Shown one piece after another: positions 46,901 through 54,864 of a stretch of 64,000 bases of DNA. Source of the stretch: Pseudomonadales bacterium (GTDB lineage Bacteria; Pseudomonadota; Gammaproteobacteria; Pseudomonadales; UBA7434); NCBI GenBank assembly GCA_965216795.1, contig OZ244196.1, forward strand, positions 2,263,496 to 2,327,495. The letters are read 5' to 3'. The position numbers were made by a program, and so were the translations under genes. Position 1 is the stretch's first letter; the number at the start of each line of letters is the position of its first letter. Under the pieces are notes generated by a model, which did no database searches, had not been told where the DNA came from, and was given only the letters and a program-made list of their open reading frames with translations.

Positions 46901-47418
46901 GTCTAGAAGGCTTTACCGTAGACAGGCAAGGCGTCGCTGCACTTTTGAAACGAATTTCTAACAAAGCCCGATCAGATGAAGAGTGGCTTGAGAACATATT
47001 GATGTTTTTAGGGCACAAACCTACAAAGTCTTGGTTAGATAGCGATCAGGACAACGCTGAGCACAGATTGAATGACTTTGCTCGGCGTATCATCGATCTT
47101 CAGCAGCTGAGCTTGCATACGAAGAAGCGAGATAAGCATTCGGGTGATTTTGATGTTTACTTGCTGCGTAGTGTGAAGACGAACAGTGAATTCTACGACG
47201 AGGTCGTTGTCGTCGATGAGCAGAAGCGGCAGAGTGTTCAGGCGACGCGAGATTCGCTCGAAGCCACTCTTCGAGAACTCGGCGACAACGACCTGAAGCT
47301 TGCGGCATTGGCTCAGGTTGTGGATACATTTTTGGCGGAATCGCGCGAGTCATCGAAGGCGCGCGGGAAGCCAAAGGTCAAAAAAGTGCGAAAGATGCGA
47401 GCGATGAGTGAGTCATGA
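43906..47418 (+). CDS. sspC: SspC-like large P-loop NTPase
   Basis: 1170 aa. Walker A LVGPYGSGKSSF and Walker B ILLIIDELGKFLEY. ATGA overlaps at both ends. Its size and position match SspC (a BrxC-like ATPase architecture). Confidence 0.65.
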   Translation: MKFANKLNVNSHYTRSINLERDADSLGVVQSYIPTSRALRTLGRMTETFHEQTAPRAWSLVGPYGSGKSSFSIFSSKLLDNPRSKTTQSAIKVLADVEDSLATQFKAQTRGTKGFLSVLITGSPEPMTRRIVNALSEAAGRYWSDRKGKKPTILKRLASADAGELSSNDLLALIKELQIQLEKAGCPGILLIIDELGKFLEYEARHYGANDIFLLQTLAEHACSGGKVNLYLFVLLHQSFEQYAKGLGENLRNEWSKVQGRFEEVPFLESAEQTLRVVSAAFDHNLSAGDKRQLKKAMQSHVDVLARVDALPGVMTREESVKLFSDCYPLHPISAILLPLLCQKIAQNERTLFSYLGSQEDFGVQSIVDELVSIDEYIYPDQIFDYFIANQSAAIGDYLTHRRWVEVVTAMERLGDASELQVRILKTIGILNIVGAKGGFKPSKDLLSICFPSKAALTKALKALEAISVITFRKFNGEYRVWQGSDFDLEDALQEEVNNLGIFSLAEELNRSQSLLPIVARRYSVTSGTLRYFRPIFVDAKNYIKIDRGSNDPRIIFFLAGGQDDEALFQDEVREHFSKLDLIALCKNGAQLREAVAECEALKRVQINRHELNADPVAKREYEDRLSLAEQAETFLLQQLVEEPDLSQWYCEGRHYSAHNKRQLQNVMSTVLEAAYDKSPIIDNELINRDRPSSQAAAARNQLLYRMLSRGDQEDLGIEKFPPEKAIYRSLLKATGLHKRAKSGEWQFYAPTSRGAAAARYANLYPAWQAIDAFLDSTEAAPKSFVELNAKLMSTPYGIKAGLLPILYVANYIINQHEIAIYEGGRYRPEFTEEMIDRFVKRPDEFAFQRFRIKGLRASLFRQYSKVIHGDTEQRSILDLAKPLATFMSQLPEYTRKTRRGVGKSAQAVRTAFELSKSPEALLFDALPEALGFEGLSESSDEAVLGQFAEDLTDSLRELKLAHSNLVLGQRQLLARSIGCDENSDLSELRINIVGLCSGLEGFTVDRQGVAALLKRISNKARSDEEWLENILMFLGHKPTKSWLDSDQDNAEHRLNDFARRIIDLQQLSLHTKKRDKHSGDFDVYLLRSVKTNSEFYDEVVVVDEQKRQSVQATRDSLEATLRELGDNDLKLAALAQVVDTFLAESRESSKARGKPKVKKVRKMRAMSES

Positions 47419-48266
47419 TGATTGACGTAAGTCAGAGCGACGATGTTCGGCATGTGCTAGGGCTGTCTGGTGGCAAAGATAGCGCTGCTTTGGCCATCTA
47501 CCTTAAGGATAAGTATCCGGAAATACATTCCAAGGTCGAATATTTCTTTTCTGATACTGGCGCGGAGCTTTCAGAAGTCTACGAGTTTCTTGATAAGCTT
47601 GAAGCCTACTTAGGAAAGGAGATTATTAGATTGTCGAGTGGCCGTGATTTCGATCACTGGCTCAAGGTTCATAATGGGATGCTTCCGTCAGCGAAGGCGC
47701 GTTGGTGTACACGCTATATGAAGATCAGGCCTTTCGAGGCGTTTGTTAAAGATGACCCAGTTATCTCTTATATAGGTATTCGCGCTGACGAAAATAGAGA
47801 GGGTTACATTAGTAAGAAGTCGACTATCTCCGCAGTATTTCCTTTCATTGAAGATGGCCTTGTAAGAGATGATATTTTTAGAATTCTAGAAGATAGCGTG
47901 GGCATTCCCGAATATTACAGATGGCGATCTAGGTCAGGTTGCTATTTTTGCTTCTTCCAGCGGCAGGACGAGTGGCTTGGTTTGAAGCGGAACCACCCGG
48001 ACCTTTTTGAAAAGGCGCGTCAGTATGAGAATCGTCTGCGGGAAAAATTTGATTGGAAAGATGGAAAAATTCCAGTCGAGGCAAAAGGCTTTACTTGGTC
48101 GCCCGAAGGTACGATTGAACAAAGAGTTGCTCGCGCTGAGGAGCGAGAGAAAACACAAGGGCTGATCGCTTCGAGTAATGGCAATAGTGAGCGATGGCAG
48201 GATTCTGTCAGGGCCATGGTCGATGATGATCCTGAAGATCAGGCGTGCTTGATATGTAGCCTCTGA
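47415..48266 (+). CDS. sspD: SspD/DndC-like PAPS-reductase-family ATP pyrophosphatase
   Basis: 283 aa. PP-loop LGLSGGKDSAALAIYL, the ARWCTRYMKIRPF motif of the PAPS reductase fold, and cysteine clusters SGCYFCFF and CLICSL. Confidence 0.75.
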   Translation: MMIDVSQSDDVRHVLGLSGGKDSAALAIYLKDKYPEIHSKVEYFFSDTGAELSEVYEFLDKLEAYLGKEIIRLSSGRDFDHWLKVHNGMLPSAKARWCTRYMKIRPFEAFVKDDPVISYIGIRADENREGYISKKSTISAVFPFIEDGLVRDDIFRILEDSVGIPEYYRWRSRSGCYFCFFQRQDEWLGLKRNHPDLFEKARQYENRLREKFDWKDGKIPVEAKGFTWSPEGTIEQRVARAEEREKTQGLIASSNGNSERWQDSVRAMVDDDPEDQACLICSL

Positions 48267-48268
48267 GT

Positions 48269-50401
48269 ATGGAAATCGATAAGCTCAAGCCGATCTACTT
48301 TCCAAAAGAGTGCGATATTGACTCTGAACTTTTCCTGCCCCTCGCTTCTTCCACCAGTAGTTTAGATTGCATGGTGGGTTACTTCACCAGTGGCTCACTC
48401 TCTGAGCTAGCTAGATCAATAGCATGCTATCTTAAGTCGCGCCGTGATTCGGTAATGCGATTGATAATTAGCCCAAATCTATCCGAACAGGATGTCAAGG
48501 CGCTGAGATTTGCCCTGGAAAATCAAGGCAATATGATCCCGATTCTTTTCCCGGATTTTCATATATCTGAAGATAGCTTAAGAGCAAACTGCGTTAAAGC
48601 GCTTTGCTATTTGGTTGCGAGTGGAAGACTTGACGTAAAAGTGGCATTTCAAACTGAAGGCCTATTCCACACCAAGTGCTGGTTGTTTGAACTGCCAAAA
48701 GGAAATGTTGCGGTGCATGGCTCAAGTAATGCCACTAAATCCGGGCTGCTTAAGAACTTCGAGCAGCTGGCCGTGTCCCGCTCTTGGCTTGGCGAAGACT
48801 CGCGTCAAACATATATAGAGCTAAAAGCACGATTTGACGATATATGGTGTAACAATTACGGGGGGATAACATGCAGCCCCTTATCGAATCGCTCTTTAGA
48901 TTATGTTAAAGAGGTTAGTGAGAAGATAAAAGTAGTTGGTCCCGAACTTGAATCAGCGTTTTTAGAATCACTATGCGCTGATTTGCTTAAGGAATTGTCA
49001 GCTTCTCGAGAGGAGGATTTTGAATATAGAGCGCCTAAACTCTCAATCCCTCCATGGTTAAATTTCCAAGATGGGCCTTTCAGGCATCAAGGTGATGCAA
49101 TTGCGGCCTGGGAAGCAAACGAGCGAAGGGGGATTCTCTCTATTGCGACCGGGGGCGGTAAAACTCTCACCTCTCTTGTGGCGGCTGCGAGGTTGCAGAA
49201 GATTTGCGATCCGCTTTTTATTCTAATAGTGGTCCCAACTAACCCCTTAGCTGTGCAATGGCTGGGAGAGGTAAAAGAATTTGGCGTGCAGGCCAAATCA
49301 AGCAGTGATCGCTCAGGTGGAAGCTCCGCCAAACAGCTGAAAGATGTGCGGCGCAATCTATCGCTCCATACTTCGACGGTTGAAATATTTATAACAACTT
49401 ATGATTCGCTTAGTGGGAGCTTAGCGCAACCAATATCAGATATCGCACGAACATACCAATCGCTGATTATTGCAGATGAAGTACATAATATGGGGTCTGC
49501 TCGGTTTGTATCTAAGCCGCCTGACGATTTCAAATTTCGATTAGGGCTTTCTGCGACATACGAAAGGCAATTTGATGATGATGGGACCGCATTTCTCCTA
49601 GCTTACTTTGGCGGCGCGGTATATGAATATAGCCTGAAGGAAGCAATCGGTCGGTGCCTAGTACCATTTGACTACTTTCCGAATCGTGTGGGGCTTGATC
49701 CTAGTGAAGAGCAAGAGTTTTTAGACCTAACATATGAGATTAGAAAGCTTGCATACGCTTTTGGGGCTAGCGAGGGCGATTCTTCGAGGCAGAAGCTAGA
49801 TCAGCTTATATTTAAGCGTCGGCGTATTATAGAGGCTGCCAGTCAAAAGGTTACAGCTTTCAAGGCGTTGCTCCCAGTGGATAAGCGCACGATAAAGCGA
49901 ACTTTAGTGTTTTGTACAGACAAGCATCCAGAGCAGCTCGATGATGTGAATTTAGTTCTGAATGAGTTGGGCTTGCAGTTTCACCAGGTGACCCAGGAAG
50001 AGACTGGCAACCGAACCAAGTTGAATTCAATTATTCAGGAATTTAGTAGCGGTAATTTGCAGGCGTTGACCTCAAAGCGAGTCCTTGATGAAGGATTCAA
50101 CGTTCCACAAACGGAAGTAGCCTATCTATTGGCTAATCAAACTGGTGTACGACAGTGGGTGCAAAGATTGGGGCGAGTTTTGCGTCTATCTCCAAAAACG
50201 AACAAAAGTAAGGCGTTAGTTTACGATTTCGTAGTAATGCCGCCTGTTGTTTCTGATGTAATGGATGAAGACTACAAGCTCTTAGTCAAGAATGAATACG
50301 ATCGCGTCGCATTTTTCTCGGAGCATAGTGAGAATGGATTGGAGAGGGGCGGTTCTATTTTGTTAATGCAAGAAATGATGGATCTATTGAGGAAGCAATG
50401 A
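48269..50401 (+). CDS. PLD-family nuclease / SF2 (DEAH-type) helicase fusion; putative PT-dependent restriction component
   Basis: 710 aa. HKD motif FHTKCWLFELPKGNVAVHGSSNATKSG (HxK...GSxN). Helicase motif I SIATGGGKT, motif II IIADEVHN, motif III LSAT, and motif VI QWVQRLGRVLR. Confidence 0.75.
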   Translation: MEIDKLKPIYFPKECDIDSELFLPLASSTSSLDCMVGYFTSGSLSELARSIACYLKSRRDSVMRLIISPNLSEQDVKALRFALENQGNMIPILFPDFHISEDSLRANCVKALCYLVASGRLDVKVAFQTEGLFHTKCWLFELPKGNVAVHGSSNATKSGLLKNFEQLAVSRSWLGEDSRQTYIELKARFDDIWCNNYGGITCSPLSNRSLDYVKEVSEKIKVVGPELESAFLESLCADLLKELSASREEDFEYRAPKLSIPPWLNFQDGPFRHQGDAIAAWEANERRGILSIATGGGKTLTSLVAAARLQKICDPLFILIVVPTNPLAVQWLGEVKEFGVQAKSSSDRSGGSSAKQLKDVRRNLSLHTSTVEIFITTYDSLSGSLAQPISDIARTYQSLIIADEVHNMGSARFVSKPPDDFKFRLGLSATYERQFDDDGTAFLLAYFGGAVYEYSLKEAIGRCLVPFDYFPNRVGLDPSEEQEFLDLTYEIRKLAYAFGASEGDSSRQKLDQLIFKRRRIIEAASQKVTAFKALLPVDKRTIKRTLVFCTDKHPEQLDDVNLVLNELGLQFHQVTQEETGNRTKLNSIIQEFSSGNLQALTSKRVLDEGFNVPQTEVAYLLANQTGVRQWVQRLGRVLRLSPKTNKSKALVYDFVVMPPVVSDVMDEDYKLLVKNEYDRVAFFSEHSENGLERGGSILLMQEMMDLLRKQ

Positions 50402-50610
50402 GCGTATCTTACAAAAAAGTCAATCAGATGATTGAGGAGCAAGTTGATCTGTCTTCATTGGAGGCCGCACAGAAACGTATATTGAAGGACTTGTGCAAAC
50501 GCATCTATTCTTTGGAGTCGGCAATTGACAAATCGTCGTCTTCGCACCTAATTAGCGAGTTGAAGGGAGAGGTTTCTGTAAAGGCTGATGATTTTGGGAG
50601 GGCAGAATGA
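50398..50610 (+). CDS. 70-aa hypothetical protein (micro-ORF coupled on both sides)
   Basis: ATGA overlaps with both the upstream (50398-50401) and downstream (50607-50610) genes, and it exactly fills the gap between them. Predicted helical. No known motif. Confidence 0.55.
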   Translation: MSVSYKKVNQMIEEQVDLSSLEAAQKRILKDLCKRIYSLESAIDKSSSSHLISELKGEVSVKADDFGRAE

Positions 50611-52745
50611 AGCTGCTAAGGGCTAGTTTCGTAAATTTCAGGCTGCTTAAAGACTTAACACTGGATTTTTCGACTGATGCTGACAAGCCGCTTACTGTTA
50701 TCCGTGCCGCGAATGAGACTGGGAAAACAACTTGCCAATACGGATTGATGTGGGCGTTGTATGGGTCTAAGGAGGCTTTGCCAAGGCGAGGAGATTATTC
50801 GTTGTTCCCCGCAGATCTAAAGTCAGAAGGTGTAAAAAAAGTAGAGGTTTCTGTCGAAATAGAGTTTGTTGTGGATAGCGTGGTAAGCACAGGTAGAGGG
50901 ACGAGCGAAATTGAGTCGAAGACATATAGGTTGATACGTTCTTGTATGGAGTATCCAGGTGACGGATCGAGCCAGAGTAGAGATGCGGAGCGTGTTCAGA
51001 TGTCTTTGGTTACGCCCTCGGGAACTGAAATAGTTCCTGAAAATGAAATGCAGGCAATAATAGCGGCTGGACTCCCCGCGGCGCTTAAGGACGTTTATTT
51101 CACTGATGGCGATAGCGCCATGACCTTTATTGAGGCTGCCGCAACGGCAGGAGTCAAGAGAAAGCGAGTAAGTGGTGCTATTGAGTCATTATTAGGTATA
51201 GAAATACTCAAGGCTACTGGCTCTCATCTAAACCAAGTAGCAAAAAAATTTAGCGGAGAAATTGATAATACTGATTATCAGGCTGAGCTGGAAAAACTAA
51301 ATGATCAAATCGACGGTCATCAGGAGGACATAGCAGAATGGAATTTAGAGCTTTCTGAGTTTGAGTCGCAGGCAACTGAGGGGGCTCAGCGGCTCAAAAC
51401 GCTCAAGGCGCAAATTGAAGATGCGTTGAAGCAGGGGGATAAGGAGCAGCTTGCGAAGCGACTCGCGAGTGTAGAGGCAGATAAGAGGCGCCTCATTTCA
51501 AATGCGGATACCCATCTAAATCAGCTGGCAAGACTAGTCTCTAGTGAGGACGTGTCAAAGATATTTGTCTCTGACATGGCAATTGCAGCCAAGGAGCTAT
51601 TGGCGAAGCAGCACCAAGATAAAAAGCTTCCTAAAGCGGACATCCCTATACTTGAAGAGCTTTTGGCTCGGGAGGACTGCTTTTGTGGCAGCGACCTGTC
51701 ACAGGATACTGAGCCAGGCCGTGCTAGGAGGTCCCTTATAGAGAAGACTATCGAAGATAGCGCTGAAATGGACAAAATTCAGGAAGAGGCTACCAGCCTA
51801 TACTACCGCTCCACAAGTGAATCCTATGACGGTATTGCGCCTGCCTGGAAGCGCGAGTATGCGTCGACCCAGGGGGCCTATCAAAATGTGCGTCAGAGTT
51901 TGAGTGAGAAGGAATCAGAGAGTCAAAGTTTGGATGAGACTATTCGTCACTTAGATGACTCAATGGTTACAGAGCTAAAGGAGCAGGAAGGGGTTGTTGC
52001 TGAAAAGTTGAGTAGGCTGCGTACGAGTTTAGGGATGACGGAGCAGAAAATACAGGATGCCTCGGAAAGATTGGCTGAGGCTCAAAAGGATCTCTCTAAG
52101 GTAGAGAAAAAGCTTGGGCGAACTAACACATCCGCGAGCAAGTTAACGCTTGCGAGATTAGCGCAGAAAGTGTTTGAGGGTGTCGTGGAAAGGCTGAAAG
52201 GCGAGGAGCTTAGGCGTGTAAGTGAGGAGATGAACAGAATATTTTTAGAAATGATTGGCTCTGATCCCGAGGGGAATGACCTGACCCTGATCACTAGGGC
52301 AGAACTCACTGAAGAGTACGATATAGTTGTTTATGGGCCGGATGGCCACCAGCTAGATCCAGATCAAGACCTGAATGGTGCTTCGCGCCGGGCAATTACG
52401 TTAGCATTCATATTAGCCTTAACAAAAGTATCTGAGGTCGAAGCGCCGAACGTAATAGATACCCCGTTGGGCATGATGTCTGGGTTTGTGAAGCAATCAG
52501 TTTTGCTGCAAACGATACGAGAGGGTAGCCAAGTAGTTTTATTTCTCACGCATGATGAAATAAAAGGTGTTGAGCATATATTAGACCAGTACGCCGGCCT
52601 AGTTTACACCCTGACAAATCCAGCGCACTACCCCAAGATCCTTAAAAATCAACCAGAGGTCAGTGATGCTCGCATACTGCGCTGCGCATGTGATCATAAA
52701 GCGTCTTGTAGTATCTGCGCCAGGAAAGATTTGGAGGTGGCATGA
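50607..52745 (+). CDS. SMC/Rad50-like AAA ATPase, DndD-like
   Basis: 712 aa. Opens MKLLRASFVNFRLLKDL..., then Walker A RAANETGKTT and a long central coiled coil with a CFCG hook-like motif. The C-terminal part has LNGASRR (signature-like), VIDTPLGMMSG and VVLFLTHDE (Walker B/D-loop), as in DndD-type proteins. Confidence 0.75.
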   Translation: MKLLRASFVNFRLLKDLTLDFSTDADKPLTVIRAANETGKTTCQYGLMWALYGSKEALPRRGDYSLFPADLKSEGVKKVEVSVEIEFVVDSVVSTGRGTSEIESKTYRLIRSCMEYPGDGSSQSRDAERVQMSLVTPSGTEIVPENEMQAIIAAGLPAALKDVYFTDGDSAMTFIEAAATAGVKRKRVSGAIESLLGIEILKATGSHLNQVAKKFSGEIDNTDYQAELEKLNDQIDGHQEDIAEWNLELSEFESQATEGAQRLKTLKAQIEDALKQGDKEQLAKRLASVEADKRRLISNADTHLNQLARLVSSEDVSKIFVSDMAIAAKELLAKQHQDKKLPKADIPILEELLAREDCFCGSDLSQDTEPGRARRSLIEKTIEDSAEMDKIQEEATSLYYRSTSESYDGIAPAWKREYASTQGAYQNVRQSLSEKESESQSLDETIRHLDDSMVTELKEQEGVVAEKLSRLRTSLGMTEQKIQDASERLAEAQKDLSKVEKKLGRTNTSASKLTLARLAQKVFEGVVERLKGEELRRVSEEMNRIFLEMIGSDPEGNDLTLITRAELTEEYDIVVYGPDGHQLDPDQDLNGASRRAITLAFILALTKVSEVEAPNVIDTPLGMMSGFVKQSVLLQTIREGSQVVLFLTHDEIKGVEHILDQYAGLVYTLTNPAHYPKILKNQPEVSDARILRCACDHKASCSICARKDLEVA

Positions 52746-53176
52746 TGTCTGATAATCCATATGCTTCCTACAATATTGAAATTCCTCGAAACTATTCTGA
52801 TGAGGTGAAGCGATTCTGCAGGTCCGGCGGTGGTAGAGATACCTATGAGTTTGCTCCTTTTGAAAGGCAAGTTGATCTTTGGTATTTCTCTTTCATCTAT
52901 GCAGTAGCGGAGGGGTTGGATCCAATTGTGAGTAAAGATGGCTCAAACATTACGCCTGCATCTATACTTTCCACTAATTCATATAGGATTACTCATATAA
53001 AGCTTGCGTACTTAGGGCGCTATAAGGATTTGCAGCAGCTGGCGGATCATAGAATGGTATTTGATTATGCGCTGGGCATGGCCAATGCTGGAATGCCTTA
53101 TGTGCTGCAATTATTGAAGGATCCAGATGAAAGGCCGTTGTGGTCGTTGCTTGACGAAATCGAACGCAGACCGTAA
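52742..53176 (+). CDS. 144-aa hypothetical protein, last gene of the PT-type operon
   Basis: Its ATGA start overlaps the ATPase stop. I can name no motif with confidence. It may correspond to small 'phosphorothioation-associated' proteins, but this is unverified. Confidence 0.55.
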   Translation: MMSDNPYASYNIEIPRNYSDEVKRFCRSGGGRDTYEFAPFERQVDLWYFSFIYAVAEGLDPIVSKDGSNITPASILSTNSYRITHIKLAYLGRYKDLQQLADHRMVFDYALGMANAGMPYVLQLLKDPDERPLWSLLDEIERRP

Positions 53177-53619
53177 CGCTAGCTTGCCCGTTTCCTCCGG
53201 CCAATATGAAACCATCTTGCTGTCTACTATAGAGACGTGGCATCCTAATGATCACTGCAATTTATCGTTGGCTATTTCCATCGCATTTTTGGTGTTAAAG
53301 GTTGATCGGTACTTTATCTTTAGCTCTCCTCTGGCGTTCTTTTCAATTTGTCTATCTCGATATGGTTCCTCGGCAATTTTCTTGGTGTTCCAGTTCGGGT
53401 GCCAGAGGAAAATTGAGTGGAAGTTTTAGTGAGTATCGCCATCGTCTGTTGATGAGAATGTGCGGCACTTTTTTCACCGCGGCATAATCAAATTTGTGTT
53501 TTCTGAGCTTCTCTTTGGTGTATTCTCGCGCGCCTTAAATCTGATGCTTGGTTCTGTCTGTACAGTAGAGATCGGAATAGGCCTTGTTTAGGGTCTCAAG
53601 AAGAGGATGATTAAACCAT

Positions 53620-54828
53620 TCACGCTTTCTTGTATAGCCGCGTCTTTTGTTTCAGTCCATCTAGGTAATTTGCCCAGGTTTGCATCATTTCGCGCCTCTG
53701 TGCTAGGTGCTGCGTTCTATTGTAGGCGCGTCCAAGTGGATCCCTTACTTCATGAGCGAGCTGGTGTTCTATAAATTTTAGGTCAAAGTTTAGCTCCTCA
53801 TCTAGAATCGTTCTGGCTGAAGCTCTAAAACCATGCGCTGTGTGATCTTCGGTTCTATAGCCTAGCCTGCGAAGAGCAGCATTGATGGCGTTGTCGCTCA
53901 TGCATCGGCGCCGAGATCTTTCTCCAGTAAAAACGTAGTTGAAGTGCCCGGTGATCGGTCGCAAAGATGATATGAGCTCCACTGCCTGTCTCGCTAAGGG
54001 TACGATATGATCCTGCTTCATTTTAATTTTGTTGGCAGGTATGCGCCATTCGGCTAAATCTAAGTCTATATCTTTCCATTCCATGCTCCTTAGTTCTCCT
54101 GGTCTGACAAAGACTAAGGGGGCTAGCTTCAATGCCGTGGCGACAATAATCGAGCCACTATAGCCATCTATGGCTCGCAATAGTTCGCCGAACCTCTCGG
54201 GGTCGGTGATTGCCGGAAAGTGGCGCTGCTTCGGCGTCTTAAGGGCGCCTTTAAGGCCGTGAGAAGGGTCGCGCTCTGTACGCCCCGTGGCAATCCCGTA
54301 GCGGAATATTTGTCCAGCAATCTGTTTGGTGCGCCTAGTAGTCTCTAGGGCGCCTCTAGCCTCGATTATTCGGAGGCATTCGAGGAGGGCGGGAGAAGAA
54401 ATGTCGCTGATCGCGGTTTTACCAAGATATGGAATTAGATTGTTTGCTAGCAAACTCTGCTGCTTCTTGACGTGGGATAGGGCCCAGTTATCTTTTTCTT
54501 TCTCAAACCACTCCCATGCCACAGCTTCAAAGCTATGAGAGTGCGTAGCTTCCAATGCAAACCTGCGCTTCTTTCTCTCTTCCATGGGGTCTAGGTCGTC
54601 GCGTAGCAGCCTCCTAGCAGCGTCTCTCCTTTCTCTCGCCTCCTTCAGCGAAACCTCTGGATATACCCCGAAAGCCATTACCTTCTCTTTGCCGCCAAAT
54701 CGGTAGCGAAACCTCCAGTATTTGGCTCCATCTTTTCTGACGAGGACATAAAGCCCTTTTTCGTCGTATTGCTTGAAGTCGCGCTCTTTGGCGGCTAGAT
54801 GCTTAACCTTGACATTGGTCAGGGCCAT
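53620..54828 (-). CDS. int: P4-type tyrosine integrase (DUF4102 N-terminal arm-binding domain)
   Basis: MALTNVKVKHLAAKERDFKQYDEKGLYVLVRKDGAKYWRFRYRFGGKEKVMAFGVYPEVSLKEARERRD is the classic P4-integrase N-terminus. Catalytic HGFRASARTIL and LAHEV...AYNR follow. It lies 194 bp from the tRNA 3' end. Confidence 0.9.
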   Translation of the reverse strand: MALTNVKVKHLAAKERDFKQYDEKGLYVLVRKDGAKYWRFRYRFGGKEKVMAFGVYPEVSLKEARERRDAARRLLRDDLDPMEERKKRRFALEATHSHSFEAVAWEWFEKEKDNWALSHVKKQQSLLANNLIPYLGKTAISDISSPALLECLRIIEARGALETTRRTKQIAGQIFRYGIATGRTERDPSHGLKGALKTPKQRHFPAITDPERFGELLRAIDGYSGSIIVATALKLAPLVFVRPGELRSMEWKDIDLDLAEWRIPANKIKMKQDHIVPLARQAVELISSLRPITGHFNYVFTGERSRRRCMSDNAINAALRRLGYRTEDHTAHGFRASARTILDEELNFDLKFIEHQLAHEVRDPLGRAYNRTQHLAQRREMMQTWANYLDGLKQKTRLYKKA

Positions 54829-54864
54829 TTTGGTCCTCCAGATCACCAGAAAGAGGGGCTAGTA

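Noticed and set aside
43906-47418. The possibility that the 1170-aa ATPase is BREX BrxC/PglY and the locus is a BREX system.
   Set aside because: No PglX-type methyltransferase, PglZ phosphatase or BrxA/B genes are present. The flanking DUF4007-like and PAPS-reductase genes fit the Ssp writer set instead.
48269-52745. The possibility that the helicase-nuclease and ATPase form a classical type I/III restriction-modification system.
   Set aside because: There is no methyltransferase or specificity gene anywhere in the island, and the genes are translationally coupled to PT-writer genes.
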